DNA of 64,000 nt. Origin: an uncultured Gammaproteobacteria bacterium (GTDB lineage Bacteria > Pseudomonadota > Gammaproteobacteria > GCA-001735895). The position numbers and the translations under genes were made by a program. The notes under the pieces are model-generated. The model saw nothing but the letters and a program-made list of their open reading frames with translations. It searched no databases and had not been told where the DNA came from. Where the stretch lies: contig CAXMNA010000011.1 in assembly GCA_964194715.1 (NCBI GenBank), positions 45,497 through 109,496 on the forward strand, read 5' to 3'. Shown here piece by piece: positions 27,103-36,417 of the stretch. The stretch's first letter is position 1; each line of letters opens with the position of its first letter.

Positions 27103-28719
27103 ATGAGTTACCAGGTCCTAGCACGCAAATGGCGTCCGACTAATTTCAAGCAAATGGTCGGGCAGGAGCACGTGTTGCAGGCATTGATCAATGCTCTCGA
27201 CAGTAATCGTCTGCATCATGCTTACCTGTTCACCGGAACCCGGGGTGTTGGCAAGACCACGATCGCGCGAATTTTTGCAAAGTCGCTGAACTGCGAACAA
27301 GGGATTAGCTCTGAACCTTGCGGGAGTTGCTCATCCTGCGTTGAAATCGATGAAGGGCGCAGCGTCGATTTAATTGAAATTGATGCAGCATCTCGTACCG
27401 GGGTCGAAGATATGCGGGAATTACTGGATAACGTGCAGTATGCGCCGACACGTGGTCGTTTCAAGATTTACCTGATCGATGAAGTCCATATGCTGTCGAA
27501 GCATAGCTTTAATGCGTTGCTCAAGACACTCGAAGAACCGCCCCCGCATATCAAATTTTTACTGGCTACCACCGACCCTCAAAAAGTCCCGGTAACTGTG
27601 TTATCGCGCTGTCTGCAATTCAATTTAAAACGCATGTCAAAATCGCAAATCCTGTCGCAACTCCAGTTTCTGACAGAACAGGAGAAAGTGGAATCGGACA
27701 CGACTGCGCTAACCCAGCTAGCTAGTGCCGCCGACGGTAGTATGCGCGATGCCCTGAGTTTATTCGACCAGGCGATCGGATATGGTGGCGGAGCTGTACG
27801 ACAAGATGCAGTCGAAGCGATGTTGGGTTCTATATCGCGCGATTACCTGGTGCGGCTATTTAACGCGTTATATGATCAGCAGGCTGCCACATTACTCAAT
27901 GAAGCACGTGCGGTTATCGAGCATAATCCAGATTATCAGAGAGTTTGTGCCGAGATGATCTCTCTGCTGCAACACGTCGCATTGTACCAAAGCGATCAAA
28001 ATCTGGTGAACGCGGAAGAATTCGGTGAGAATTTGCTGCAGAAATTTAGCGCAGGCTGGTCACCCGAGGAAGTTCAACTCTATTATCAAATTCTTTTACA
28101 AGGACGCCAGGACTTGTTGATCTGTCCCGACGAAGCTTCTGGTTTTGAGATGTTGATGTTGCGTTTACTGGCATTTGCACCGCAATCCGAAGAACGGGTC
28201 GAGCCGGTCGAAGTAAAAAAAAAGCCTGAAGTACAACCCGCGCTAAAAACAGAGGAAAGCATTCAAGCACATCCAGTGCCTGATTTTGAGGCAAGCAATC
28301 ATACACAAAGCAATGCTACTGGTGTTGAATCACTGGACTGGCCAGGACTAGCCTACGACTTGGGGTTGTCAGGATTAGCGCAGGAAATAGTTGCAAATAG
28401 TTTGCTCGAGTTCTATCGGGACGATAGATTTCAATTGCAGCTACAGCCAGAAATACACGAGCTCGTAACTGACTTAATCAAGGCCGAAATTTTGCAGGCC
28501 CTGGAGCAAAAACTTGGGGTATCATTGCATCTGGACCTGGTAGCAACAGGATCAATTGCGGGGCAGACGCCTTTACAAGCGAAAATGCTACGGCAGCAGC
28601 AGGAACGTCTGGCGGCGATTGAAGCGATAAAGGATGAAAAGATGGTCAAGAAGCTACAGCACGCGTTTGCAGCCGAGCTCGATGAAGCAAGCGTGCATAA
28701 GATTGAAAACAACCGTTAG
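27103..28719 (+). CDS. dnaX: DNA polymerase III subunits tau/gamma
   Basis: 538 aa with Walker A GTRGVGKTT, the zinc module CGSCSSC, and DEVHML. Confidence 0.95.
   Translation: MSYQVLARKWRPTNFKQMVGQEHVLQALINALDSNRLHHAYLFTGTRGVGKTTIARIFAKSLNCEQGISSEPCGSCSSCVEIDEGRSVDLIEIDAASRTGVEDMRELLDNVQYAPTRGRFKIYLIDEVHMLSKHSFNALLKTLEEPPPHIKFLLATTDPQKVPVTVLSRCLQFNLKRMSKSQILSQLQFLTEQEKVESDTTALTQLASAADGSMRDALSLFDQAIGYGGGAVRQDAVEAMLGSISRDYLVRLFNALYDQQAATLLNEARAVIEHNPDYQRVCAEMISLLQHVALYQSDQNLVNAEEFGENLLQKFSAGWSPEEVQLYYQILLQGRQDLLICPDEASGFEMLMLRLLAFAPQSEERVEPVEVKKKPEVQPALKTEESIQAHPVPDFEASNHTQSNATGVESLDWPGLAYDLGLSGLAQEIVANSLLEFYRDDRFQLQLQPEIHELVTDLIKAEILQALEQKLGVSLHLDLVATGSIAGQTPLQAKMLRQQQERLAAIEAIKDEKMVKKLQHAFAAELDEASVHKIENNR
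28215..28229 (+). promoter_or_regulatory. putative dnaX recoding site (-1 frameshift heptamer A AAA AAG within an A9 run; -1 frame stop TGA at 28227-28229)
   Basis: The zero frame reads GTA AAA AAA AAG CCT GAA. After a -1 slip the reading is AAA AAA GCC TGA. Confidence 0.55.
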
Positions 28720-28731
28720 TGATGAGGTAAT

Positions 28732-29058
28732 GTGATGAAAGGTGCGCTCGGGGAAATGATGAAAAAAGCGCAGGAAATGCAGGAAAACATGCAAAAAGCG
28801 CAGGCTGAACTCGCTAATAAAGAAGTAACTGGCGAAGCAGGCGGTGGTATGGTTTCGGTCGTTATGCGCGGCACACATGAAGTTAATCGCGTCACCATTG
28901 ACCCCAGTCTTATCGATGAGGACGTCGAAATGCTTGAAGATCTGGTAGCTGCTGCCGTCAACGACGCGGTGCACAAGGTAGAGAAATCAAATCAGGCGGC
29001 GATGCAGGAAATGACAGCGGGATTGAATTTACCCCCCGGCTTCAAGTTGCCGTTTTAA
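28732..29058 (+). CDS. ybaB: nucleoid-associated protein YbaB/EbfC
   Basis: 108 aa with [15 protein letters not shown]...[10 protein letters not shown]...LPPGFKLPF. Conserved dnaX-ybaB-recR order. Confidence 0.93.
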   Translation: MMKGALGEMMKKAQEMQENMQKAQAELANKEVTGEAGGGMVSVVMRGTHEVNRVTIDPSLIDEDVEMLEDLVAAAVNDAVHKVEKSNQAAMQEMTAGLNLPPGFKLPF

Positions 29059-29062
29059 ATCT

Positions 29063-29659
29063 ATGTCATCATCTAGCCTTGACGAACTAATTGCATCGTT
29101 GAAATGCTTGCCGGGAGTTGGACAGAAGTCGGCCCAACGCATGGCCCTGCATTTACTTGAGCGTGATCAGGAAGGTGCAAAGCGTATATCAGTTGCGATT
29201 TCAAATGCGCTCGACAAGGTAAGGCACTGTCAGCGGTGTCGTAACTTTTCGGACGATGAGGTTTGTGAAATCTGCGGCGATGTAGGGCGCGACCAGGGTA
29301 CGCTGTGCGTGGTTGAAACGCCCGCTGATGTGCTCGCCGTAGAGTCATCGGCAGCATATCGGGGCCGATATTTCGTCTTGCTGGGCCGACTTTCACCACT
29401 GGACGGTCTTGGGCCGGGTCAATTGGGACTCAATGAACTCGAACATCAGCTTAGCCAGGGTGGCACCAGTGAAGTTATTCTCGCTACCAGTGCTACGGTG
29501 GAAGGCGATATTACCGCCCAGTATATTGCCGATTTCGCCACCAGACACGGGGTAAAGAGCAGCCGACTTGCTCGCGGCATACCGTTAGGTGGCGAGCTTG
29601 AGTTTGTTGACAGCGGCACATTGTCGAGAGCTCTGTCAGGCCGCCAGAAAATTGATTAG
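29063..29659 (+). CDS. recR: recombination protein RecR
   Basis: 198 aa with a helix-hairpin-helix LPGVGQKSAQR, the C4 zinc finger CQRCRNFSDDEVCEIC, and a Toprim region. Confidence 0.95.
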   Translation: MSSSSLDELIASLKCLPGVGQKSAQRMALHLLERDQEGAKRISVAISNALDKVRHCQRCRNFSDDEVCEICGDVGRDQGTLCVVETPADVLAVESSAAYRGRYFVLLGRLSPLDGLGPGQLGLNELEHQLSQGGTSEVILATSATVEGDITAQYIADFATRHGVKSSRLARGIPLGGELEFVDSGTLSRALSGRQKID

Positions 29660-29686
29660 AAGTTAGCGTAAGCTTGAGAGGGAGAA

Positions 29687-30034
29687 ATGTCAGAAACCAT
29701 ATTTTCTAAAATTATCAACCACGAATTACCGGCCGATGTAGTCTACGAAGATGATGAGATAATTGCCTTTCGCGATATTAGTCCGCAGGCACCGGTTCAC
29801 GTCCTGATCGTTCCGAAAGTGGAAATTGCAACGGTTAACGATATCAAGCCTGAACAGGCAGAATTGATCGGTAGATTGGTGTTAACAGCACAGACAATAG
29901 CCGCCGACGAAGGCATTGCTGACGACGGATTCCGGCTCGTGATAAATTGTAATCGTCATGGTTGTCAGGAAGTATTCCAGCTGCACTTGCATTTGGTTGG
30001 TGGCAGGCAGTTGCACGGTATTTCGGCTCGCTAA
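29687..30034 (+). CDS. HIT-family nucleotide hydrolase (HinT-like)
   Basis: 115 aa with the histidine triad HLHLHLVGG. Confidence 0.88.
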   Translation: MSETIFSKIINHELPADVVYEDDEIIAFRDISPQAPVHVLIVPKVEIATVNDIKPEQAELIGRLVLTAQTIAADEGIADDGFRLVINCNRHGCQEVFQLHLHLVGGRQLHGISAR

Positions 30035-30987
30035 TTGGGGTCGGCCTGATCCTGCATTTTCACGTAGTTCTGATAGCGTGATTGTGCTATCTGTCCGGCC
30101 GTGACCGCCTCGATCACTGCACATTTGGGCTCATTGAGGTGCAGGCAATTGTGGAATCGGCAATCTCCTGAATATTTTAGTATTTCTCTGAATCCATGTG
30201 CCAGAGGCCTATCTTTGTCGACGAACGGATTAAAGCCCCGTATCCCTGGAGTATCGATCAAATCACCTCCTGCGGGTAAATGGTAAAGTCGACTGGCACG
30301 TGTGGTATGGCGTCCTTCTTCATTGGCTTCCGATATACTCGCGATTTTGATCTCTTCATCGGGTATTAACCACTTAGTCAGCGATGACTTGCCAACACCG
30401 GATACTCCGCTTAGGACTGAAACCTGACCGGGTAACAGGGATGTGAATACCTCCATTCCCTGGCCTGATTTCACACTGGTATTTACCAGCCTGTACCCAA
30501 GCGGTCGGTAAATATGCTCCAGCTCGAAAGGATCATTCGTGCCAGTTAGCAGATCGATTTTGTTCAACAAGATGCAGGCTTCGATTTGCTGTTGCTCTGC
30601 TGATAGCAGGTACTGATCGAGTAAAAACAGGTTGGGTTCAGGCGAAACCGCAAGACAAACAAACAACTGACTGATGTTGGCCGCCACGGCACGAACCTGT
30701 CCAAAACCATTGATGCGCTGTAGCAAGTTATCCCGCAACAGTATCGCCAGGACACGATGCTCCTGATTAGCGGTTGTTTCGATCGCGACGCGATCGCCGC
30801 ACACGATATTGCCGAGATTTGACTTGATCTTGCAGTCGATGGTAACGCTTGATTCGAGTTCGACCAGAATTCGGCCTCCCTGGTGTGAGACAACGATACC
30901 ATGTTGATGCTCACCGCTTTCCGAGACCTCTTGTTGAGCCGCCTGGATACGATTCTTTTGCTGTTGGCTAAGTCTGCGCTTTGCCAT
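30031..30987 (-). CDS. rsgA: ribosome small subunit-dependent GTPase A
   Basis: Circularly permuted GTPase motifs (LLNKIDLL, GVSGVGKSSL) and the C-terminal zinc knuckle CRFHNCLHLNEPKCAV. Confidence 0.9.
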   Translation of the reverse strand: MAKRRLSQQQKNRIQAAQQEVSESGEHQHGIVVSHQGGRILVELESSVTIDCKIKSNLGNIVCGDRVAIETTANQEHRVLAILLRDNLLQRINGFGQVRAVAANISQLFVCLAVSPEPNLFLLDQYLLSAEQQQIEACILLNKIDLLTGTNDPFELEHIYRPLGYRLVNTSVKSGQGMEVFTSLLPGQVSVLSGVSGVGKSSLTKWLIPDEEIKIASISEANEEGRHTTRASRLYHLPAGGDLIDTPGIRGFNPFVDKDRPLAHGFREILKYSGDCRFHNCLHLNEPKCAVIEAVTAGQIAQSRYQNYVKMQDQADPN

Positions 30988-31035
30988 GCAATTGTTTACT
31001 CATAGTGACTCGATACAGCGCCGTAATTATTGCCC

Positions 31036-32295
31036 TTAATCCGACGATCCCCTGGATGCTATGGCTTCCAGGTGATTGATGCGAATTGTGGCGGGTGGAT
31101 GCGAATCATAGAACATCGAATGGATCGGGTCCGGCGTCAGCGTACTGGCGTTATCGCGGTACATGTTTACCAGTGCGGAAATTAATGCCTTGTAGTCGCT
31201 ATTCGAGTGAGCAAATTCATCGGCTTCGAATTCGTGTCTACGCGAAAGAGCCGAAAACAATGGGCTCACAAAATAAGTGAACACCGGCATTATCATCATG
31301 AAGAGTATCAACGCCGTATGTGTCGAGGCAGTTTCGACCCCGAGCGAATTATAAAACCAGTCGGAGCGCATCAACCAGGCCAGCAGCGCGAAACCAAAGA
31401 GCGTAATTACACTCGACAGTAGCAGCGACTTCTTAATGTGGTTGCGTTTGAAATGCCCGAGCTCGTGCGCCAGTACCGCCTCCACCTCATCTTCCGACAG
31501 GGATTCGAGCAAGGTATCGTAGAATACAATGCGCTTGTTCTTACCGAAACCGGTAAAATAGGCATTGCCATGTGATGAACGGCGGGAGCCGTCAACGACG
31601 AAGACACCCTGACTTTGAAATCCGCAACGATGTAGCAATTCTTCAATACGGGTGCGCATCGAGGAATCTTCCAACTGGTTGAACTTGTTAAAAATTGGCG
31701 CGATAAAAGCCGGGTAGGCCCAGATCATGATCAAACTGAAGCTCATCCACAACAGCCAGGCATAAAGCCACCAGTTTTCGCCCGCCTGGTTCATTAGCCA
31801 GAGGATTGCTGCTACCAGGGGCGCCCCGATTGTCACCACCAACAGCGCGGTTTTTACGAGGTCCAGTAACCAGGTTTTTAACGTGGTTTGGTTAAATCCA
31901 AAACGCTCCTCGATGACAAAGGTCTGGTATATCGAAAACGGTAAGTTCAGGATTGCGGAAATTAAACTCAGTGAAAAGATAAACGCGATACCAGTAAGCA
32001 GCGCAGAGTACCCGAAACCGGCCCACCATTGGTCGACCAGATTTAAGCCGCCGCCGATGGTCCAGATCAGTAACCATAGAGTTTCCCATGCCAGTATGAT
32101 CCTTCCTATACGCAACTTGGTACAGCTGTAGTTTGCGGCACGGTGGTGATCGGCAAGGTCGATCCTATCAGCGAAAGCATCGGGAACCCTGGCGTAATTT
32201 GCCAGGATATGGTTGATCTGACGTTGACCCAACCATAGCCGCACCAGTACCGATGCGACGACAAAGCTCAAAAAGACTGCGGTGAATAAATGCAT
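31036..32295 (-). CDS. M48-family (Ste24/HtpX-like) integral membrane zinc metallopeptidase
   Basis: 419 aa with multiple TM helices and the HExxH motif HELGHFKRNH. Confidence 0.85.
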   Translation of the reverse strand: MHLFTAVFLSFVVASVLVRLWLGQRQINHILANYARVPDAFADRIDLADHHRAANYSCTKLRIGRIILAWETLWLLIWTIGGGLNLVDQWWAGFGYSALLTGIAFIFSLSLISAILNLPFSIYQTFVIEERFGFNQTTLKTWLLDLVKTALLVVTIGAPLVAAILWLMNQAGENWWLYAWLLWMSFSLIMIWAYPAFIAPIFNKFNQLEDSSMRTRIEELLHRCGFQSQGVFVVDGSRRSSHGNAYFTGFGKNKRIVFYDTLLESLSEDEVEAVLAHELGHFKRNHIKKSLLLSSVITLFGFALLAWLMRSDWFYNSLGVETASTHTALILFMMIMPVFTYFVSPLFSALSRRHEFEADEFAHSNSDYKALISALVNMYRDNASTLTPDPIHSMFYDSHPPATIRINHLEAIASRGSSD

Positions 32296-32365
32296 GCATC
32301 AACCAGGGATGAAAACTTGCTATAGTTTAACGCATATTGCAACGACGTGAAGCCTGGAGAGTCTG

Positions 32366-32911
32366 ATGCCGCTGGATGATAACAACCTGATTTGGATCGA
32401 TCTTGAAATGACTGGTCTGGATACGCAGCACGATCAGATAATCGAAATTGCGACGGTGGTGACGGATGCGAACCTCGCCATCCTCGCACAAGGTCCTGTG
32501 ATTGCAATTCACCAACCGGATGAAATCATGGGCGCGATGGATGCCTGGAATACGAGCCACCATGGTGACTCCGGGTTAACCAACCGAGTTAAGCAAAGCA
32601 CTACCAATACGGAAGACGCTGAACGCGCAACCCTGGAGTTTTTGCGTAACCACGTTGTTCCGGGAAAATCACCCATGTGCGGCAATAGCGTCTGCCAGGA
32701 TCGACGTTTTATGGCTCGACTGATGCCCGAGCTGGAAACATTTTTCCACTACCGCAATCTGGATGTGAGCACATTAAAAGAACTAGCACGATTGTGGAAA
32801 CCCGAGCTGTCTGCTGGCTTCGTGAAAAAGGGTGCTCATCTTGCACTCGATGATATTCTCGAATCGATTGACGAGCTCAAGTACTACCGGGAGTGCTTTA
32901 TCCGCAACTGA
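32366..32911 (+). CDS. orn: oligoribonuclease
   Basis: 181 aa DEDDh exonuclease with [12 protein letters not shown] and [18 protein letters not shown]. Confidence 0.95.
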   Translation: MPLDDNNLIWIDLEMTGLDTQHDQIIEIATVVTDANLAILAQGPVIAIHQPDEIMGAMDAWNTSHHGDSGLTNRVKQSTTNTEDAERATLEFLRNHVVPGKSPMCGNSVCQDRRFMARLMPELETFFHYRNLDVSTLKELARLWKPELSAGFVKKGAHLALDDILESIDELKYYRECFIRN

Positions 32912-32927
32912 GGCTCCGGGCTTGAAA

Positions 32928-33254
32928 TTATTCGTCCTGTGTTTTAAAACCCTTTTCGTGGGTTTCAATGACAATCTCCAACAGTGGCCAAAATGGTACC
33001 GCTCGATGATCCTTGTGACGCAGGGTGTCGAGAAAATCTAACCAATTACCTTCGCCGGGTTGGTAACTATCGCTGTAAACGGCTGACAGTAAGCGCGAAA
33101 GCCCGTTTGAAACCGGTTCGACGATAATGCTGGATTCACCCATATATTCCTCGTCATACTCGATTACCGCACGCAAATCCTCCACTTCATCGAGTGCCTG
33201 GTTAATAATTTCAATCAATTCATCCAGATTCCGAGCCCTGGTTCTGGAAGCCAT
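32928..33254 (-). CDS. hypothetical acidic protein (no family recognised)
   Basis: The ORF is open for 120 codons, and the likely start is MASRTRARNL at 33254. There is no motif I can name. Coding status is inferred only from length and its position between genes. Confidence 0.45.
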   Translation of the reverse strand: MASRTRARNLDELIEIINQALDEVEDLRAVIEYDEEYMGESSIIVEPVSNGLSRLLSAVYSDSYQPGEGNWLDFLDTLRHKDHRAVPFWPLLEIVIETHEKGFKTQDE

Positions 33255-33355
33255 GATTCTATTCTCCTGGTAACGTAAAAAGTATCGCACCGACAGTTTA
33301 TGAAATAAAGCAGTGTTAAGGCTGCGGGTTAACTATCCAAATTTGCTCATAGGCT

Positions 33356-33382
33356 TAAAGAATCAACACTTTTGGCCGATTA
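33356..33382 (+). promoter_or_regulatory. sigma28 (FliA) class III flagellar promoter upstream of motA
   Basis: TAAA (33356-33359), exactly 15 nt, then GCCGATTA (33375-33382). This compares with the consensus TAAA-N15-GCCGATAA. It lies 42 nt upstream of the motA ATG. Confidence 0.6.
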
Positions 33383-33423
33383 ATAGGGCTGACACTGTTT
33401 TTTTATGACCTAGCGGATTTTCT

Positions 33424-34197
33424 ATGGATCTCGCCTCCCTAATTGGCATTATTTCGGGTATCGGACTAATTGTCACCGCGATCATACTTGGCGGGGACAT
33501 GCACAACTTTCTCAATGTGCCCGGCATTATGATTGTCATGGGAGGAACCATGGCAGCAACCTTACTGACGTTTCAGTTCAGAGATGTGCTAACCGCTTTC
33601 AGGAGCGCCTATTTCGTATTTTCGTCGCCCAAACAGGATTCGCAGGAGTTGATCAATACCATGATCAAGCTTGGCACCATTAGTAGACGCAAGGGCCTGT
33701 TAAGCCTGATGGATGTCAAAACTAGCACTCCCTTTTTAAAAAGGGTCTGTACCTTAATCGCCGATGCGGCCGATGAGGAAACATTACGTTCTGCAATGCG
33801 TACCGAAATAGAATCCATGCAAACGCGCCATTACATCGTACAGGATGTATTTCGAAAAATGGCTATGTATGCTCCGTCTTTTGGCATGCTAGGCACCCTG
33901 ATCGGCCTAATTCAGATGCTATCGTTACTGGCCAGCCCTGATAACCTCGGTCCAGCAATGGCCATCGCCCTGTTGACGACCTTTTATGGAACATTGCTAT
34001 CGACAGCGATTTTTCTACCTATCGCGGGTAAATTACGTTCCAGAACGCTACTTGAAGTAATGAACTTCGAGATTATTTTTCAGGGTGCGGTCAGCATTCT
34101 GCAGGATAATAATCCGCTATCGGTATATGAAAAATTGTCTTCGTTTATGCCGGCGAAGAAACGTAAGCCGATGCAAAAATTAAGGCAGCGTAGCTAA
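33424..34197 (+). CDS. motA: flagellar motor stator protein MotA
   Basis: 257 aa four-TM protein with the MotA/ExbB channel signature (APSFGMLGTLIGLIQM, PAMAIALLTTFYGTLL). The motAB position next to orn/rsgA matches Pseudomonas. Confidence 0.85.
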   Translation: MDLASLIGIISGIGLIVTAIILGGDMHNFLNVPGIMIVMGGTMAATLLTFQFRDVLTAFRSAYFVFSSPKQDSQELINTMIKLGTISRRKGLLSLMDVKTSTPFLKRVCTLIADAADEETLRSAMRTEIESMQTRHYIVQDVFRKMAMYAPSFGMLGTLIGLIQMLSLLASPDNLGPAMAIALLTTFYGTLLSTAIFLPIAGKLRSRTLLEVMNFEIIFQGAVSILQDNNPLSVYEKLSSFMPAKKRKPMQKLRQRS

Positions 34198-34949
34198 TGT
34201 CGGCAAGAGCTCTCAGCGGAATGTTCGGAGATGACGAGGGAAATAGTGCCTGGGTCGTTACCTTTGCCGATATGATGACTTTGATCCTGGTGTTCTTTAT
34301 TTTGTTGTATACGCTAGCCGATTTCGAAGACGAGGCTTATAAAGAACTGATCGAATCGGTACAGGTGATTGACGGGGACGGTAGTCAAATCAGCGTTATT
34401 GATTTTGCAATACGCAAAGGTAGAAATCCGGAACCGCTCAAAGTGATCGAAGATCTGCTTGGTATGAATCCGGGTAATGTTCCGGTAGAGAACCTGAAAC
34501 CGGCGCTAGTGGCCGAAATGGAAAGTATGATAGACAGTACAGATCTGGCGGATAGTGTCGATCTAGCCTATAACGGCGATAAGATAAACCTGCAAATAGA
34601 TGGACGATACCTGTTTGAATCAGGTCAGGCCGAACTCAAGGATCGGGCCAGATTTATATTTGCCAACCTTGGATAAATGTTTCGAGACTATGCTGATTAC
34701 AGCATTGCGATACGAGGGCATACCGATGATCGCAATATAGACACCACCCGGTTTCCATCTAACTGGGAATTATCGGCGGTACGTGCAACCACGGTACTTA
34801 GATTTTTTATTCAACAGGGAATCGACCCGGAACGCATGACCGCAACCGGATACGCAGATTATTTACCATTGGTTGCAAATGATAGCCTGGAAAATCGAGC
34901 CAGGAATCGGAGAGTTGAGTTTGTTCTGGAAAAAGAAAAAGACAATTGA
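34197..34949 (+). pseudogene. motB: flagellar stator protein MotB interrupted by one in-frame TAA (34674-34676)
   Basis: ORF 34197..34676 carries the plug/TM segment with the conserved Asp (WVVTFADMMTLILVFFILLY). ORF 34677..34949, in the same frame, carries the rest of the OmpA-like peptidoglycan-binding domain (IAIRGHTDD, SNWELSAVRA, NRRVEF). The sequence reads GGA TAA ATG. Confidence 0.75.
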
Positions 34950-35301
34950 TGTAACGCTCGATGCGCGCCATAGTGATAACCGGTCTGCCTACCGGATCGC
35001 CCCCGATCGTTCCCGGCCGGTAATCATATCGATCATGGGTAATGCTTTTCATGCGCTCAATATAAGTGGCACAGGAGTCGCGTTTCGATCGCATAATTTT
35101 GCGGTTGGGGCGCAAACCGCGGCGACCATCCGATTGCCCAGCGAAGACTTAATTTTTCCGGTGGTATTAGAGATTGTCGCCAAGCAAGGTGACCTGTGTC
35201 GATGTAGTTTTAGGGAAATTCACGAAGATGCTGAAAATCTACTACACTCTTATATACTTGAGTTACAGAAACGTAAAATAAGGCAAAATACCCGGCATTA
35301 A
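34873..35301 (+). CDS. single-domain PilZ (c-di-GMP receptor) protein
   Basis: RxxxR motif (RSAYR) and D/NxSxxG motif (NISGTGVAF). The start is uncertain: either ATG 34873, or TTG 34921, which is preceded by GGAGAG (34909-34914). It overlaps the motB 3' end. Confidence 0.75.
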   Translation: MQMIAWKIEPGIGELSLFWKKKKTIDVTLDARHSDNRSAYRIAPDRSRPVIISIMGNAFHALNISGTGVAFRSHNFAVGAQTAATIRLPSEDLIFPVVLEIVAKQGDLCRCSFREIHEDAENLLHSYILELQKRKIRQNTRH

Positions 35302-35494
35302 CTGAAGTTGATTTGCCACGGTAGTCGGTGATTTTAAAGGGGAAACTCTTAGAAATTTCAGTCATTTATTGGAACTATCTATTGAATTGGATTGATTTTC
35401 GTTTTGAAATCGGCCATGATGTACGGTTCGTTGGCGGGATAAAAATTACCAAAGCCAAGTATCTGATTTTAATCTATTTTTTGGGAAAGCGGTC

Positions 35495-36409
35495 TTGATT
35501 AAACAGCGCACGTTGAAAAATGTAATCCGCGCCATGGGCGTTGGTTTGCACACAGGGAAAAAAGTATATTTGACATTGCGTCCGGCACCGATCGATTCCG
35601 GCATCCGCTTTCGTCGAATTGACCTGGAAACCCCGGTTGAAATACTAGCTCGTCCGGAAAAAGTAGGCGACACCAATCTATCTACTACTTTGGTAGAGAA
35701 AGGTGTCCGTATTTCGACAGTAGAGCATTTATTATCCGCTATTGCGGGTCTCGGCATCGATAATGCCTATATCGACTTGAGTGCTGAAGAAGTACCAATC
35801 ATGGATGGTAGTGCAGGTCCGTTTGTGTTCCTGATCCAGTCGGCAGGAATTGTCGAGCAGAACCAGGCCAAGAAATTCATCAAGATTAAAAAGAAAATTC
35901 GGATAGAGGATGACGACAAATGGGTCGAATTCAAGCCATTCAACGGTTTCAAGGTCAGCTTTGAAATCGATTTTAACCACCCTTTGTTCACCAAGCAAAA
36001 ACAAACCTGCCACATCAATTTCTCTACCACCTCGTTCGTTAAAGAGGTAAGCCGGGCACGAACCTTCGGCTTTCAGAAGGACATCGAGTTTCTGCGTGCC
36101 AATAATCTCGCGCTCGGTGGTAGCCAGGACAATGCGATCGTGCTCGATGATTATCGGGTTTTGAATGAAGATGGACTGCGTTATGACAATGAGTTTGTTA
36201 AGCATAAAATCCTTGATTCAATCGGCGATCTCTACCTGCTCGGTCACAGCCTGATCGGTGCTTTCTCGGGGTACAAGTCAGGGCATGCGCTCAATAATCG
36301 TTTATTGTTGACCCTGCTTGAAGATCGAGATGCATGGGAAGAAGTAACATTTGAAGACGCGTCAACGGCACCCATATCGTACGCCCAGCCAGTGGAAGCG
36401 ACAGTTTAG
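35495..36409 (+). CDS. lpxC: UDP-3-O-acyl-N-acetylglucosamine deacetylase
   Basis: 304 aa with a TTG start; [33 protein letters not shown], and the HxxxD region [11 protein letters not shown]. Confidence 0.95.
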   Translation: MIKQRTLKNVIRAMGVGLHTGKKVYLTLRPAPIDSGIRFRRIDLETPVEILARPEKVGDTNLSTTLVEKGVRISTVEHLLSAIAGLGIDNAYIDLSAEEVPIMDGSAGPFVFLIQSAGIVEQNQAKKFIKIKKKIRIEDDDKWVEFKPFNGFKVSFEIDFNHPLFTKQKQTCHINFSTTSFVKEVSRARTFGFQKDIEFLRANNLALGGSQDNAIVLDDYRVLNEDGLRYDNEFVKHKILDSIGDLYLLGHSLIGAFSGYKSGHALNNRLLLTLLEDRDAWEEVTFEDASTAPISYAQPVEATV

Positions 36410-36417
36410 GTGAAAAT

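Noticed and set aside
33424-35301. I considered MotA/MotB as a Zorya-type (ZorAB) anti-phage system.
   Set aside because: MotA here is standard length (257 aa) with no long ZorA C-terminal tail. No ZorC/D/E-like genes follow. The operon has a near-consensus FliA promoter and the Pseudomonas-like orn/rsgA flagellar-stator context.
35732-36205. 157-aa antisense ORF within lpxC. Similar antisense ORFs lie within cysS (2557..3027), lon (10250..10741), clpX (7577..8035) and secA.
   Set aside because: All lie opposite highly conserved genes and give low-complexity translations. They are shadow ORFs.
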